From Acidilobaceae archaeon (GTDB lineage Archaea > Thermoproteota > Thermoprotei_A > Sulfolobales > Acidilobaceae), in the NCBI GenBank assembly GCA_038897215.1, contig JAWAWX010000001.1, positions 128,001 through 192,000 of the forward strand: a DNA stretch of 64,000 nt, written 5' to 3'. A program made the position numbers and the translations under genes. The notes below the pieces were generated by a model. It searched no databases, had not been told where the DNA came from, and saw only the letters and a program-made list of their open reading frames with translations. Positions 10,036 through 20,277 of the stretch are shown piece by piece. Every line of letters starts with the position of its first letter. Within the stretch, counting starts at the first letter, position 1.

Positions 10036-10725
10036 CTAGGGGTCTCCACTCGCTCCTAGCATAGTTCCGGCTATCTTCTCTCCTCTAGCGTAGGACGCTA
10101 TGACTCTCGGGTTTCTGCCGTTGGTGAAGAAGACCTTGACGCCGCTCCTCTCCGCTATCTTCAGAGCTACTAGGTCGAAGAGCTCGTATGCTCCAGCTAT
10201 CTGAGAGTACTCTGAGATAAGCTTCTCCATCTCCTCGTAGGTCAGCCACTCTACCAGACGGCTACCCGGGCGGCCTGGCGGAGGCACGTAGACGCCATCG
10301 ATGTCGGCTAGCAGGTTCAGCACTACTCTAGCTCGGAGAGCCTCAGCTAGGCTAACTGAGACAGCGTTAGTGCTCTGCCCCGGCTGGAGTCCTCCCATTA
10401 CGGGGACCGAGCCTCTCCTAGCCTCCTCGACAGCCTCCTCAACAGTCTCGGGCACCTTGAGCGACGCGTAGGGCTGTAGCGAGAGCGCTAGAGCGTACGC
10501 GTTAAGTCTAGAGGCCTTGACGCCGATAGAGTCTAGGAGAGACTCGGGAACCCCTAGGGGTCTTAGAGCCTGGATGTAGCTTCTAGCCAGAGGCCCTCCG
10601 CCCACGACGAAGGCTAGCCTGACTCTAGCTAGAGACTCCTCGACGGATCTCCTGAGCTCCTCGAGCCACTGGGGGCTAGGGGGGTTGAGGAGCCTCCCGC
10701 TAACCTTGACTACAAGCCACTCCAT
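10036..10725 (-). CDS. pyrH: Uridylate kinase (archaeal type)
   Basis: VKVSG, VVGGGPLARSYI, GGLQPGQSTNAV, IDGVY and YELFDLVA. Confidence 0.9.
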   Translation of the reverse strand: MEWLVVKVSGRLLNPPSPQWLEELRRSVEESLARVRLAFVVGGGPLARSYIQALRPLGVPESLLDSIGVKASRLNAYALALSLQPYASLKVPETVEEAVEEARRGSVPVMGGLQPGQSTNAVSVSLAEALRARVVLNLLADIDGVYVPPPGRPGSRLVEWLTYEEMEKLISEYSQIAGAYELFDLVALKIAERSGVKVFFTNGRNPRVIASYARGEKIAGTMLGASGDP

Positions 10726-10794
10726 AGACAGCCAGCCCTCGCCTAATAGCGCTACCGAGCAGGAGATAATCTAGCTTGAGAGCGCTCTAGAGGC

Positions 10795-10850
10795 TCGTCG
10801 GAAGCCTGGTCCTCTTCACCACTCAGCGCTTTCAACCCTCCCCATCCAGA
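10795..10850 (-). ncRNA. Candidate C/D-box methylation guide sRNA
   Basis: Minus strand reads TGGATGG(C?)-GGAGGGTTGAAAGCG-CTGA(D')-GTG-GTGAAGA(C')-GGACCAGGCTT-CCGA(D). Size and spacing are typical; the C box is a poor match. Confidence 0.4.
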
Positions 10851-10966
10851 ACTCGCAGAGAGCTCTCCGAATCTCGCTCTACCCCTGGACTCTATTATCT
10901 TTACTTGTGTTACCAGCCCTCTCCTCTCTAGATCGCTTCATGCCATATCTCTCTCGGGTGAGAGCT

Positions 10967-11215
10967 GTGGGAGTAGAGGACCTAGTAGCTGCAGCCAACT
11001 TGCTTAGAAGCATTGTGCCTAGTGCTGAAGTAGACCTAGGCTTCTACTCAGCTCTCCTCGGTCTCGTGATAATAATAGGGCTTCTGGGTTTAGGGCTAGG
11101 CTTCATAACGTATAGGGTAGTGTATGAGATAACGCATCAGAGCGTAGGAGTCTTCCTGAAGTTTGTGTTCGCTCTGGGAGTGTTCCTGGTCATACTCTCT
11201 CTGCTACTGCCGTAG
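10967..11215 (+). CDS. Small hypothetical membrane protein (2 TM)
   Basis: Two hydrophobic segments; GGTGA Shine-Dalgarno before GTG 10967; overlaps the atpD 3' end by 26 nt. Confidence 0.6.
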   Translation: MGVEDLVAAANLLRSIVPSAEVDLGFYSALLGLVIIIGLLGLGLGFITYRVVYEITHQSVGVFLKFVFALGVFLVILSLLLP

Positions 11216-11873
11216 GAGCAGCCGCTAAAGCCTCCTCCTCTGCTCCCGCTTTCTCTCTCGCCGCCTTGATCACCTTCAGTCTAGAGAAGTCTTCTCTCAT
11301 CCTCTCCTCCAAGACCCCCTTCACGTACTTTATGGCTTGAGCGTAGCTAGGGAGTATCACGTAGTCTAGAGCATTGATCAGCCTCTGCGTATCTTTGAGC
11401 TCCTCTATCAGCCTCTTTATAGCCTGGTCGTACTCAGCTAGCTTCAGCATATAGGGGACCAGCTCTCTCAACAGTATGAAGCTCCTGACTAGAGCGGGGT
11501 CTGTGTCAGCAGGTAGATGTGGTTGCTGGATGGTTCTCTCGTCTACTCTGAATACTGGCGTCTTGACAGCAAAGAGCACTCTAGTCGAGACGCTGACCTC
11601 GACTGTGGGCTTTATGTGAGCTAGTATGGCTTCTAGCCTCTCGATCCCCGTGGAGGAGAGCCCTAGATAGTACTGCTTGAAGAGCTCCCCGATCCTCCCG
11701 TAGACTTCTCTCTGGTATCTGTTGTATTCCTCAGCATAGCTCCTGATGAAGTGTAGGAGGACCTCTCTCTTCTCCTCCATCACTCTCCTTATCCTCTTCA
11801 GCGTTCTCTCTTCTCTCCTCAGCTTGATCAGGTTTATCTTAGTAGGCAGTATCCTCCTAGGGTCTACAGCCAC
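11190..11873 (-). CDS. atpD: A/V-type ATP synthase subunit D
   Basis: [30 protein letters not shown] and LEERMREDF. Confidence 0.93.
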   Translation of the reverse strand: MAVDPRRILPTKINLIKLRREERTLKRIRRVMEEKREVLLHFIRSYAEEYNRYQREVYGRIGELFKQYYLGLSSTGIERLEAILAHIKPTVEVSVSTRVLFAVKTPVFRVDERTIQQPHLPADTDPALVRSFILLRELVPYMLKLAEYDQAIKRLIEELKDTQRLINALDYVILPSYAQAIKYVKGVLEERMREDFSRLKVIKAAREKAGAEEEALAAAPTAVAERV

Positions 11874-11905
11874 TCCGGGTCAGCCTCTAAGTCCTAGGAG
11901 TAAGT

Positions 11906-13297
11906 CTACTTCCTGTATTTCGGGTGGTACTTCCTGATGTATTCTTCTCTGATGTTAGTGAGCTCCTCTTCGGGGAGCTCCGCTAGAATCTCCCAGGCTA
12001 TGCCTAGAGTCTCCTCTATGTCTCTATTCTCTCTCTCACCCTGACTCAGGAATCTCCTCTCGAATAGGTCGGCAAATCTGAGATACTTCTTCTCTATGTC
12101 TCCTAGGCTCTCTTCTCCTATCACGGCCGCCAGGCTCCTGACCTCTACTCCCCTACTGTACGCTGCGTAGAGCTGGTTGCTGACCTCGGCGTGGTCTTCT
12201 CTCGTCTTTCCGGGCCCTATCCCCTCCTTCATGAGCCTGGAGAGGCTCATGAGAACGTTTATGGGCGGATATATCCCCTTGTTGTGGAGCTCTCTGCTCA
12301 GCACTATCTGCCCCTCGGTTATGTAGCCTGTCAGGTCTGGGATGGGGTGGGTTATGTCGTCGTTTGGCATCGTGAGTATAGGCATCTGCGTTATGCTCCC
12401 CTTCCTTCCGTGAGCTCTACCAGCTCTCTCGTATATGCTCGCTAAGTCGCTGTACATGTAGCCAGGGTACCCCTGCCTTCCGGGTATCTCGCCTCTAGCA
12501 GCGCTTATCTCTCTAAGAGCCTCGCAGTAGTTCGTCATATCGGTTAGTATGACTAGAACGTGCATGTCTCTCTCGAAAGCTAGGTACTCTGCTAGAGTGA
12601 GAGCAGCTCTGGGCGTGACTAGCCTGAGCATGGCCGGCTCGTTGGCTAGATTCACGAACATCGCTACTCTGCTGAGAGCTCCCGTCTCCTCGAAGAACTT
12701 CCTGAAGAAGACGAAGTCATCGTACTTAATGCCTATAGCCGCGAAGACTACAGCGAACTCCTCCTCCTTACCCCTAACCGTGGCCTGCCTAGCGATCTGA
12801 GCAGCTAGCTTGTTGTGAGGCAAGCCGGAGCCGCTGAATATCGGGAGCTTCTGCCCCCTGACTAGTGTATTCATCCCGTCTATAGCCGAGACTCCCGTCT
12901 GGATGAAGTCCTCAGGGTAGGCTCTCACAGCGGGGTTGAGAGGAGCCCCATTTATGTCTAGAACATCCTCAGCTATTATCGGAGGGCCTCCGTCTATAGG
13001 CTCTCCTAGAGGGTTGAAGATCCTGCCGAGCATGTCCTCGCTAACAGGCATCTCTAGTGTTCTCCCGAGAAACCTCACGGTAGTGCCCACGCTCGTTATC
13101 CCCGTAGTGCCCTCGAAGACCTGGACTACTGCAGTGTCTTGAGCGACCTCTAGAACCCTCCCTCTCCTCCTCTCACCGTTCTGGAGCTCTATCTCGACGA
13201 TCTCATCGTAAGCGACTCTAGATACGCCCTTCACGACTACGAGAGGGCCTCTGACCTCCGAGATCCTAGCGTAAGCTCTAACACCCACAGCCGCCAA
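11906..13297 (-). CDS. atpB: A/V-type ATP synthase subunit B
   Basis: [28 protein letters not shown] and [15 protein letters not shown]. Start reassigned to TTG 13297 (GAGGGG upstream). Confidence 0.95.
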   Translation of the reverse strand: MAAVGVRAYARISEVRGPLVVVKGVSRVAYDEIVEIELQNGERRRGRVLEVAQDTAVVQVFEGTTGITSVGTTVRFLGRTLEMPVSEDMLGRIFNPLGEPIDGGPPIIAEDVLDINGAPLNPAVRAYPEDFIQTGVSAIDGMNTLVRGQKLPIFSGSGLPHNKLAAQIARQATVRGKEEEFAVVFAAIGIKYDDFVFFRKFFEETGALSRVAMFVNLANEPAMLRLVTPRAALTLAEYLAFERDMHVLVILTDMTNYCEALREISAARGEIPGRQGYPGYMYSDLASIYERAGRAHGRKGSITQMPILTMPNDDITHPIPDLTGYITEGQIVLSRELHNKGIYPPINVLMSLSRLMKEGIGPGKTREDHAEVSNQLYAAYSRGVEVRSLAAVIGEESLGDIEKKYLRFADLFERRFLSQGERENRDIEETLGIAWEILAELPEEELTNIREEYIRKYHPKYRK

Positions 13298-13462
13298 AGC
13301 GAAGCCCCTCGCATGTCTCGCTCGAGGAGAACAGTCTACGAGGCTAATAAGCCTAACCAAGTCAAGCAAGCAACTAAGAGACGGGAGAGAGGGTAGCTCA
13401 GGGGAAACCTACAAAAACCTGGAGAGAAGAGAGTGGTGGAGGAAGCGGGAATCGCTGGGCTA

Positions 13463-13541
<79 letters not shown>

Positions 13542-13553
13542 CACTCTTACTCC

Positions 13554-14324
13554 TCATCTCCTAGCCTGCTTGCTCCTCAAAGCCATGAATGCTATCGTGG
13601 AGACCAGTCCTAAGACTATCAGGATCGCTAGGACTCCAACGCTGTACTCCAGCCCTCTCTCCATGACCGCGAACATCAGCACTGGTAGCGTTTCAGTCTC
13701 CTCGGGGATCTGCCCTGAGACCACTACGGTTGCTCCGAACTCTCCGAGAGCTCTCATGTACGCTATTATGAAGACTGCTAGTAGCCCCGGAGCAGCGGGC
13801 GGTAGCGTGGCCTCTAGGAAGGCTTTCAGTCTGCTCGCTCCCAGAGTCATCAGGGTCTCCTCGGGGGCTCTGTCAACGTAGTCGAAGACCTCCTTAGCGA
13901 ACATCATTATTATCGGGATCTCTACAGTGAACTGAGCTAAGACCACTGCTTTCAGCGTGTAGAGAACCTTGACTGTCTCGTCGAGAGGCTTGAGGGGGCC
14001 GGCGAAGAGAGCTACTATCATTATGCCTACGCCGACAGGCGGTATGGATAGTAGCGTTACGCCGACTATGTTGATAAGACTCCCTCCGGCTATGAGCCCT
14101 CGAGACATCCCGTAGCCTATCGGGACAGCTATCAGCATGGATATGATTGCTGCCCACGCCGCGGCTACAGCGCTATTCACAGCGGCTACCTGGAATCTCC
14201 TCTCTTTAGTCATGCTGATGAACTTCTCTACATCCATGTGGAGCCCTAGAGCTACGAAGAGAGCTACCATGTAGAAGAGGAAGACGACGGCCGCGAAGAT
14301 CAGGAGTAGCTCGAATCTCCTCAC
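13554..14324 (-). CDS. ModB/WtpB-like ABC transporter permease
   Basis: Multi-TM; EAA-like EETLMTLGAS; RALGEFGATVVVSG..PEETETLP. Confidence 0.85.
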   Translation of the reverse strand: MRRFELLLIFAAVVFLFYMVALFVALGLHMDVEKFISMTKERRFQVAAVNSAVAAAWAAIISMLIAVPIGYGMSRGLIAGGSLINIVGVTLLSIPPVGVGIMIVALFAGPLKPLDETVKVLYTLKAVVLAQFTVEIPIIMMFAKEVFDYVDRAPEETLMTLGASRLKAFLEATLPPAAPGLLAVFIIAYMRALGEFGATVVVSGQIPEETETLPVLMFAVMERGLEYSVGVLAILIVLGLVSTIAFMALRSKQARR

Positions 14325-15208
14325 TTCACTCTACCCTCGAGCCCGTAGACTTTAGCGTAGGGAGCTAGCTCTCTCAGCTTCTCTGAAGGTATGTAGCCCA
14401 GCTTTTCGACAAGCTTCTTGACCTCATCGCTCTCCAGGATCTCCATCAGCTTCTGAGCTAGCTCTCTGCTCGAGACGTACCTAGTTATAGCTACGGCTAT
14501 CGGTTGCACGTAGGTGTTCAGCTCCTTCTCTATCTCCACAGCTGAGACTCCTCTCGGGTTGACAACGTAGTAGGTTCTGAAAGATATCCCCACATCGGCA
14601 GACCCCATTCTCACGTAGGCTACAGCCTTGGGTGCTGTGAACAGGTAGACTACAGTGTGCCTCTCGTGGAGTATCTCCCAGTAGCTCCTCCCCGAGTCGG
14701 GGTCAACGGCTTCCTCCAGTATGGCTCTAATGATCTGACCCGCAGCAGTGTAGTCTGGGTGGGGGATGGCTACTATCAGCCCTCTCTTGCCTAAGACCAG
14801 GTCTCTCAAGCCCTGGACGCCCTGAGGATTCCCTTCTCTCACGTATATCAGAAGGTCAGCGTATCCTAGCACGATAAGAGTCTCCTCTTTAACTAGGCCC
14901 TTGTCTAGAGCTCTTGCGAGCGAGTACCCAGATATGGTGCCGTAGATGTCGAATATGCTCGCCTTATCTAACTTAAACCAGACTATCCCCGTGGGCCCGT
15001 AGTCTCTCACTACTCTAGGCTTGCAGACACTGCTCTCTTCTAGGAGCAGGTCTATGGCCTCGTCTAGTATCGGTTGCACTGTTCTATCAGCTCCCACTAT
15101 GAGCTTACCGCAGGGCTCCTCTCTGAATACAGCGTACACTGCCGTGGTTGAAGCCAGGACGATGAGAGGGACTAGGATGAGGAGGCTTGTGAAGCTTACT
15201 CTCACCAC
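14321..15208 (-). CDS. ModA-like substrate-binding protein (divergent)
   Basis: N-terminal TM anchor; VREGNPQGVQGLRDL, IPHPDYTAAG and YVRMGSADVGI match the ModA fold, but the anion-binding motifs are altered. Confidence 0.75.
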   Translation of the reverse strand: MVRVSFTSLLILVPLIVLASTTAVYAVFREEPCGKLIVGADRTVQPILDEAIDLLLEESSVCKPRVVRDYGPTGIVWFKLDKASIFDIYGTISGYSLARALDKGLVKEETLIVLGYADLLIYVREGNPQGVQGLRDLVLGKRGLIVAIPHPDYTAAGQIIRAILEEAVDPDSGRSYWEILHERHTVVYLFTAPKAVAYVRMGSADVGISFRTYYVVNPRGVSAVEIEKELNTYVQPIAVAITRYVSSRELAQKLMEILESDEVKKLVEKLGYIPSEKLRELAPYAKVYGLEGRVK

Positions 15209-15215
15209 TCGACGC

Positions 15216-16274
15216 TCACCCAGCTAGCCTCCCGCTATCCTCGAAGCAGACTGCTTCTCTGAAGAGGACTCTGACTCTGTCTCCCACCCTCGGGGGGCTC
15301 GAGTCGGAGACGCGCGCGGCCACCACTCTGCCCCCTACTCTCACGTAGGCTACGAGGAAGCCTGCTTCGAGCACTACTCTCTCCACTGCTCCCTCGGCGC
15401 CGCCATCGCTCGCTATCTCTACACTCTGAGGGCTAGCCCAAGCGTATCTAGCGCTCGAGTCGCAGAGGCCCGATATGTGCTGAGCTAGGGGGTTCGAGTC
15501 TCTGAGGTCGACTATGTTCGTTGTGTAGAAGTCTAGCCCTAAGAGAACATCTATATGCCGGGGTCTCGAGACCAGAGAGCTGAGGTAGTCTACAGCGACT
15601 ACTCTCCCGTCGTTCATCACTCCGGCTAGAGTATCGCCGCCGAAGAAGAAAGCATCGTTTATAGTAGGGGTTGATACTATAGCGGGGACTCTCTCCTCTC
15701 TAGCGAGTCTCGTTATCTCAGCAGATATCGCTAGAGCCCAGGTCTTAGAGAGGTGGGCTAGAGGCTCGTCGAAGAGAGCGAGCCTAGGCTTAGCCAAGAC
15801 TATGGCTGCTACTCCTACTCTCTGCCTCTCTCCCTGGCTCAGCTGGTGAGGCATTCTCTCGAGGAGGCTCTCTATCTCGTACCGCTTAGCTACCTCTAAG
15901 ACCTCCGCCTCAGGGCTCTTAGAGCTACTGATCTTGGCTATAGACTCTAGAGTCTGCCTCACAGTCTTGTTCGCGATGAGCGGGAACGGTGTGGAAGCGT
16001 AGGCGAACCTCCTGACCCACGGGGGCTCTCTCGTGTAGTCTCTCCCACCGTAGAGTATCCTCCCCCTCTCCGGAGTCAGAAGTCCGGCTATTGTTCTTAG
16101 CAGGGTAGACTTGCCTGAGCTGTTTCGCCCTATTATGAGGAACACGTTGCCTCCACAATACCGTAGCGAAGCCCCCTTGAGTATCCTCCTCTCTCTCACC
16201 GTGACCACTAGGTCCTCGACTTCTAGACACTCCCCTCCTGTAAACTGCTGCTGTGAACTAGTGTTGAGGCTCAA
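15216..16274 (-). CDS. ABC transporter ATP-binding protein with C-terminal TOBE-like domain (degenerate motifs)
   Basis: Walker A GRNSSGKST, signature LSQGERQR, Walker B LALFDEP; no recognisable Q-loop Gln or H-switch His. Confidence 0.8.
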   Translation of the reverse strand: MSLNTSSQQQFTGGECLEVEDLVVTVRERRILKGASLRYCGGNVFLIIGRNSSGKSTLLRTIAGLLTPERGRILYGGRDYTREPPWVRRFAYASTPFPLIANKTVRQTLESIAKISSSKSPEAEVLEVAKRYEIESLLERMPHQLSQGERQRVGVAAIVLAKPRLALFDEPLAHLSKTWALAISAEITRLAREERVPAIVSTPTINDAFFFGGDTLAGVMNDGRVVAVDYLSSLVSRPRHIDVLLGLDFYTTNIVDLRDSNPLAQHISGLCDSSARYAWASPQSVEIASDGGAEGAVERVVLEAGFLVAYVRVGGRVVAARVSDSSPPRVGDRVRVLFREAVCFEDSGRLAG

Positions 16275-16324
16275 TTCTTTCGACCACCTTCCTCAAGCTT
16301 TTCTCAGAACAAGCTATAAGCCTT

Positions 16325-16341
16325 CTGTTATACTGTAGCAG
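16325..16341. promoter_or_regulatory. Imperfect palindrome, candidate operator in the divergent ABC/tfx promoter
   Basis: CTGTTATA-C-TGTAGCAG (6/8 symmetric) in the 84-bp intergenic region. Confidence 0.3.
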
Positions 16342-16358
16342 TTTACTGGGCGGGGAGA

Positions 16359-16805
16359 GTGCAGCTCACGAAGAGACAGATAGAAGTGCTAAAGCTGAGG
16401 TCTGAGGGGCGTAGTCAGAGAGAGGTAGCGAGAATCCTCGGGACATCGAGAGAGAACATAGCCATCCTCGAGAGCCGGGCTCTGAAGAACGCTGAGAGAG
16501 CCCTAAAGACGCTGCAACAGTACCTAAGAGCGGTTTCAGCTTTCTCGGAGACTCTGAAAGCAGGGGAGAGAGTGGAGGAGGCCTCGAGGAGGGTTCTCGA
16601 GAGAGGGAACGAGCACAGAGTGAGGCTCAAAACCCCCCTTCCCGAGCTAGAGGAAGTCTTCAGAGCTCTGGGAGGAGATAGCGGGAGGATAGAGAAGCCC
16701 CTCGAGGTCTTCGTGCTGAGAGACGGGAGCATAGTAGTCATCCCAGCAGACATCAAGGCGCTCAGAGCGGCTAGAGCGAAGCCTGGTGGGCCCGCGGGGA
16801 CTTGA
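16359..16805 (+). CDS. Tfx-family DNA-binding protein
   Basis: LTKRQIEVLKLRSEGRSQREVARILGTSRENIAILESRA(LKN) is the Tfx HTH; Tfx-like C-domain. Confidence 0.85.
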   Translation: MQLTKRQIEVLKLRSEGRSQREVARILGTSRENIAILESRALKNAERALKTLQQYLRAVSAFSETLKAGERVEEASRRVLERGNEHRVRLKTPLPELEEVFRALGGDSGRIEKPLEVFVLRDGSIVVIPADIKALRAARAKPGGPAGT

Positions 16806-16860
16806 ACCCCGGACCTCCGCCGTGTCAGGGCGGCGTCCTGCCAGGCTAGACGACGGGCCC
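16784..16860 (-). tRNA. tRNA-Val(GAC), CCA encoded
   Basis: GGGCCCG...CCGCC-CT GAC AC-GGCGG...GTTCAAGTC...CGGGCCC ACCA. Confidence 0.97.
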
Positions 16861-16959
16861 CCATCAGCTCCTGCGGCTTGTGGGTCTAATAAATCTTTAA
16901 CGGCCACTCTGGGGGAGCCCCCCGGGGAGGGCTGGAGCGTTCTCCCGGGTGTGGTGCTG

Positions 16960-17865
16960 GTGAGCGGTGGGCAGCTCGAGAGGCTGGCGTTCAGGTTTTG
17001 CCGCGACGAGCTCAATGCCTACACTGTCTACCGGGAGCTCTCTCGCGTAGAGAGAGACCCGGAGCTTAGAGAGGCTCTAGCTAGAGCTGCTGAGAGAGAG
17101 CTTGCTCACTACGAGTTCTGGAGGAGTCTAGCTGGCGGAGACTGCGGGAGCGTTGATAGGGTCAAGGTCGGCCTAGTCCTGCTGTCTCGCAGACTCCTGG
17201 GTCTAGTCTTCGCTCTCAGGCTTCTCGAGAGGAGCGAGAGAGAGGCTACTAGAGGGTACAGAGCAGTAGCCGAGATGCTGCCGGAGAGCGCGAGGAGCAA
17301 GCTCGAGGAGATCGTGAGAGACGAGGAGGAGCACGAGGAGGCCTGGGTTAGAGCTATAGCCAGAGAGGAGAAGATAGTGAGGTACCTCGGCTTCGTGGCC
17401 CTAGGAGTAGCGGACTCGATAGTAGAGCTGACCGGGGTCTTCGCAGGGTTCCTGGGAGCGACGGCTAGCACTGAGGCAGCAGGCCTAGCAGGGCTAGTAG
17501 TAGGGGTCGCTGCCGCTCTCTCTATGTCGGGAGCCGCGTACGCTCAAGCAAAGCACGAAGCAGAGGGCAGAGTAAGCCCTCTAGCCTCAGCTATAGTCAC
17601 AGGGCTATCCTACATCATAGTGGTCGCTCTCCTGACAGCACCCTACTTGCTCCTAGACAGCGTGCTCGCAGCACTAGTAGCCTCCCTAGCCGTGGCCACG
17701 GCTCTAGTCGCGTCCTTCACTCTGTATTCTAGCATCATCAAGAACACTGACTACGCGAGAGACCTGGCGGAAACTCTTGCGGTGATGGCTACGACCATAG
17801 TAGTAGCCTACATCGTAGGCCACGCTCTAGGAGAGCTACTAGACCTCCCGAGAACCCCGCTCTGA
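16960..17865 (+). CDS. Rubrerythrin/ferritin-like domain fused to VIT1/CCC1 iron transporter domain
   Basis: Diiron ExxH motifs (ELAH, EEEH); ALGVADSIVELTG and AAALSMSGAAY. Start moved to GTG 16960 because the longer ORF overlaps tRNA-Val. Confidence 0.85.
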   Translation: MSGGQLERLAFRFCRDELNAYTVYRELSRVERDPELREALARAAERELAHYEFWRSLAGGDCGSVDRVKVGLVLLSRRLLGLVFALRLLERSEREATRGYRAVAEMLPESARSKLEEIVRDEEEHEEAWVRAIAREEKIVRYLGFVALGVADSIVELTGVFAGFLGATASTEAAGLAGLVVGVAAALSMSGAAYAQAKHEAEGRVSPLASAIVTGLSYIIVVALLTAPYLLLDSVLAALVASLAVATALVASFTLYSSIIKNTDYARDLAETLAVMATTIVVAYIVGHALGELLDLPRTPL

Positions 17866-17867
17866 AG

Positions 17868-18551
17868 ATGCGACGGAGAAGAGATATAGGCGAGTGCGGC
17901 GCTAACGCGAGCCGGGCGAGGGCTCTGACAGCCCGCCGGCAGGCTGGCCTCGAGGAGGCTAGAGTGCTCGGAATAGCCGGGGTGGCGCTAATCCTCCTCG
18001 GAGGCTTTCTAGCCATCGCTCCCCGCATCGGTCTCCTTCTAGGCCTCGGAGTCGTGGTTGCAGGTACTGTGCTACTAGTTCTGGCTTTCTGGGAGATCTC
18101 GAGGCTCTACGGTAGACCCGACATACTCAGGAACACGGTAGCGTCGATCACGTTAAGCCTTCTAGCGGGCGCTGTCGAGAGCCTCGCTCTGCTCCTCGTT
18201 CTAGGCCTCTTTCCGACGCTGAGAGATGGCGGAGAGCCCGCTGGCGCTAGCGCCACCGCGGCGACACTGCTCCCCTACCTGCTCGGCTGGGCCACTGGGG
18301 TAGCCGCAGCCTTCTTCTTCTACAAGGCTGTAGCGGCCACAGCGGAGCTCACGGGCAACAGCGTCTTCAAGCTATCCGGACTCGCATACGTCGCTGGAGC
18401 AGTACTCCCGATAGTGCTACTCGGGCATAACGTAATATCCACGATAGCCATGATGTTGTTGCTAGTAGCGTTCTTCACGCTAAAGCCGGCCCGAGCGCAA
18501 CCCACTCTCGCGAGCTCAGCAACCCCCGGCTCTCTCCCGCCTTCACCATAG
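17868..18551 (+). CDS. DUF996-like membrane protein (copy 1; possible CTG start at 17925)
   Basis: ISRLYGRPDI, FFFYKA, TGNSVFKLSGLAY and LVAFFTL; paralogue at 27185-27820. Confidence 0.75.
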   Translation: MRRRRDIGECGANASRARALTARRQAGLEEARVLGIAGVALILLGGFLAIAPRIGLLLGLGVVVAGTVLLVLAFWEISRLYGRPDILRNTVASITLSLLAGAVESLALLLVLGLFPTLRDGGEPAGASATAATLLPYLLGWATGVAAAFFFYKAVAATAELTGNSVFKLSGLAYVAGAVLPIVLLGHNVISTIAMMLLLVAFFTLKPARAQPTLASSATPGSLPPSP

Positions 18552-18582
18552 CAGAGCGAGAGCTCCTCAGACGCGCCGTAGC

Positions 18583-20064
18583 TCAGCCAGAGCTCAGCTC
18601 TACTAGAGCCTCTAGGGCTCCGTAGACGCTCGCGCTCGAGTAGTTGTAGTGTAGCTCTAGGTAGAGTGTGCAGGTAGCTAGCACGTACGTCTCAGCAGTC
18701 ATCAAGACTCTCCCGGCTCTAGCACCGGGGGCTGGCTTGAAGAGTAGAGGCTCTGTCTCCGAGGGGTCGATGACGAGGCCTCCGCTTACCCAGTAGATTC
18801 TAGCTTCTCTAGCTACGTGAGTCTGATTGGTTAAAGTCAACTCTATAAAGTATATGGGTCTCGTGCAGTAAGCCCCCATTATTACCAGCTTGCCGACGAA
18901 GGGAGCGCTTAGACTCGAGTAAACGTCGAGTATGGGTCCTTCGAAGCGCAGATAGAGCTCGTAGACGTCTCCACCAAGTAACACACTCGAGTGCACGGAG
19001 TACTCGTAGCCGTCGCAAACCACTCTAACCATGGCGTCCGCTAGAGCACTGTTCTCCAAGAACACTCTAGCTACCCCTGTCTCGTCGACGTGACTCCAGC
19101 CCACGAGCCTCCCAGCCGAGTCGTAGACGTAGACATCGCAGCAGTAAGCCAGACCCCTGACTATCAAGACTTCGAGAGAAGAGCTCCACCCAACCATCCT
19201 GAAGACCGCCGAGGGCCTGTTCCTGATCTGGTAGACTCCTAGACCGAACGTGTCCAAGCCCTGAATAGGTCTCGCGTCAACAGCCTCGATTGAGGCGACC
19301 AGCCTCCCTCCCCCCGTCATGTTGTAGAGCCACGCTCTGATGTGGAGCGAGCCGTCGGGGCGAGCTAGGAGCTGTAGCGATATGACGAACCAGACCCCAG
19401 TTACTCTAGCGGGGATCCTGACGTCGTACAGTGTCGGGGGCACGGGCCCTCCGGGCTCGCGTCGAGTGGCTCCAGTGTACTTGTATATCCCGAAGAACCA
19501 GCCCGTGCCGTTGTTCTTGATTCCAGCCATGTAGTAGTAGCGGTTGGCGCTGTTCAAGAAGACCACCCCCCTGATGCCGTCTATAGGAGAGCCCCCGTCG
19601 TCCGTCTTCATCAGGAAGGACACGGTCGTATTCAGCGGGTACACTCTATCCCTGTAGGCTAGCAGGCAGCCAGAATAGCCATTCAGAGAAGGGTTGCCTG
19701 TGACGTATATCCCGACTCCATCGCTCGTATAGCTATAGAAGCACCCTATCCAAACCAGCTCCGTGAAGTACCCTCTCGCGATATCGGGGTTAGTGAGGTC
19801 CAAAGCGACCCCGGACCTCTCGAGTAGCCTCAAGCCAGCTTCTCTCAGAGAGACTCTCACCACAGCGTACGTCTTGTGCCTGTAGAGCTCCACCTCGACG
19901 CCGCCGTACCCCGGGTCCTCGAACCAGACCACGGGGGGCGCGATCTCGACAACCCCCTTCTCGAACCTGTACGCGAAAACCCCGGCTAGCACGGAGACCA
20001 GCGCAGCAGCCGCCAGCACTGCAGCCATCAGAGCCCTCGGGAGGCTCAACGCTCCAGAGCCCAA
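18583..20064 (-). CDS. Hypothetical secreted/surface beta-rich protein
   Basis: Signal peptide followed by about 460 aa of beta-rich, Tyr/Gly/Asn-rich sequence with NxT sequons; GGAGG upstream of TTG 20064. Confidence 0.75.
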   Translation of the reverse strand: MGSGALSLPRALMAAVLAAAALVSVLAGVFAYRFEKGVVEIAPPVVWFEDPGYGGVEVELYRHKTYAVVRVSLREAGLRLLERSGVALDLTNPDIARGYFTELVWIGCFYSYTSDGVGIYVTGNPSLNGYSGCLLAYRDRVYPLNTTVSFLMKTDDGGSPIDGIRGVVFLNSANRYYYMAGIKNNGTGWFFGIYKYTGATRREPGGPVPPTLYDVRIPARVTGVWFVISLQLLARPDGSLHIRAWLYNMTGGGRLVASIEAVDARPIQGLDTFGLGVYQIRNRPSAVFRMVGWSSSLEVLIVRGLAYCCDVYVYDSAGRLVGWSHVDETGVARVFLENSALADAMVRVVCDGYEYSVHSSVLLGGDVYELYLRFEGPILDVYSSLSAPFVGKLVIMGAYCTRPIYFIELTLTNQTHVAREARIYWVSGGLVIDPSETEPLLFKPAPGARAGRVLMTAETYVLATCTLYLELHYNYSSASVYGALEALVELSSG

Positions 20065-20277
20065 AACACAGCCCTCCAGCAGCACGCAAACCCAGCGATA
20101 CCACTTTAACACCACGGTGCATGCTATAAAGCGTTATAGTCAGCCCCGGAGACCCTCCGCCTCGACGAAGACCAGAGCACGAGCCTCCAAAGTCAGGCTC
20201 CTAGACTCCCTAGCCGGCATCGGGAGCATTCCTCTCGAAGTGGTCAGGCTAGGCTTGGAGGAACTTGCCGCCGTAGA

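Noticed and set aside
16786-16959. N-terminal extension of the VIT1-fusion ORF and ORFs 16415-16864, 16647-17015
   Set aside because: They run through tRNA-Val and its promoter.
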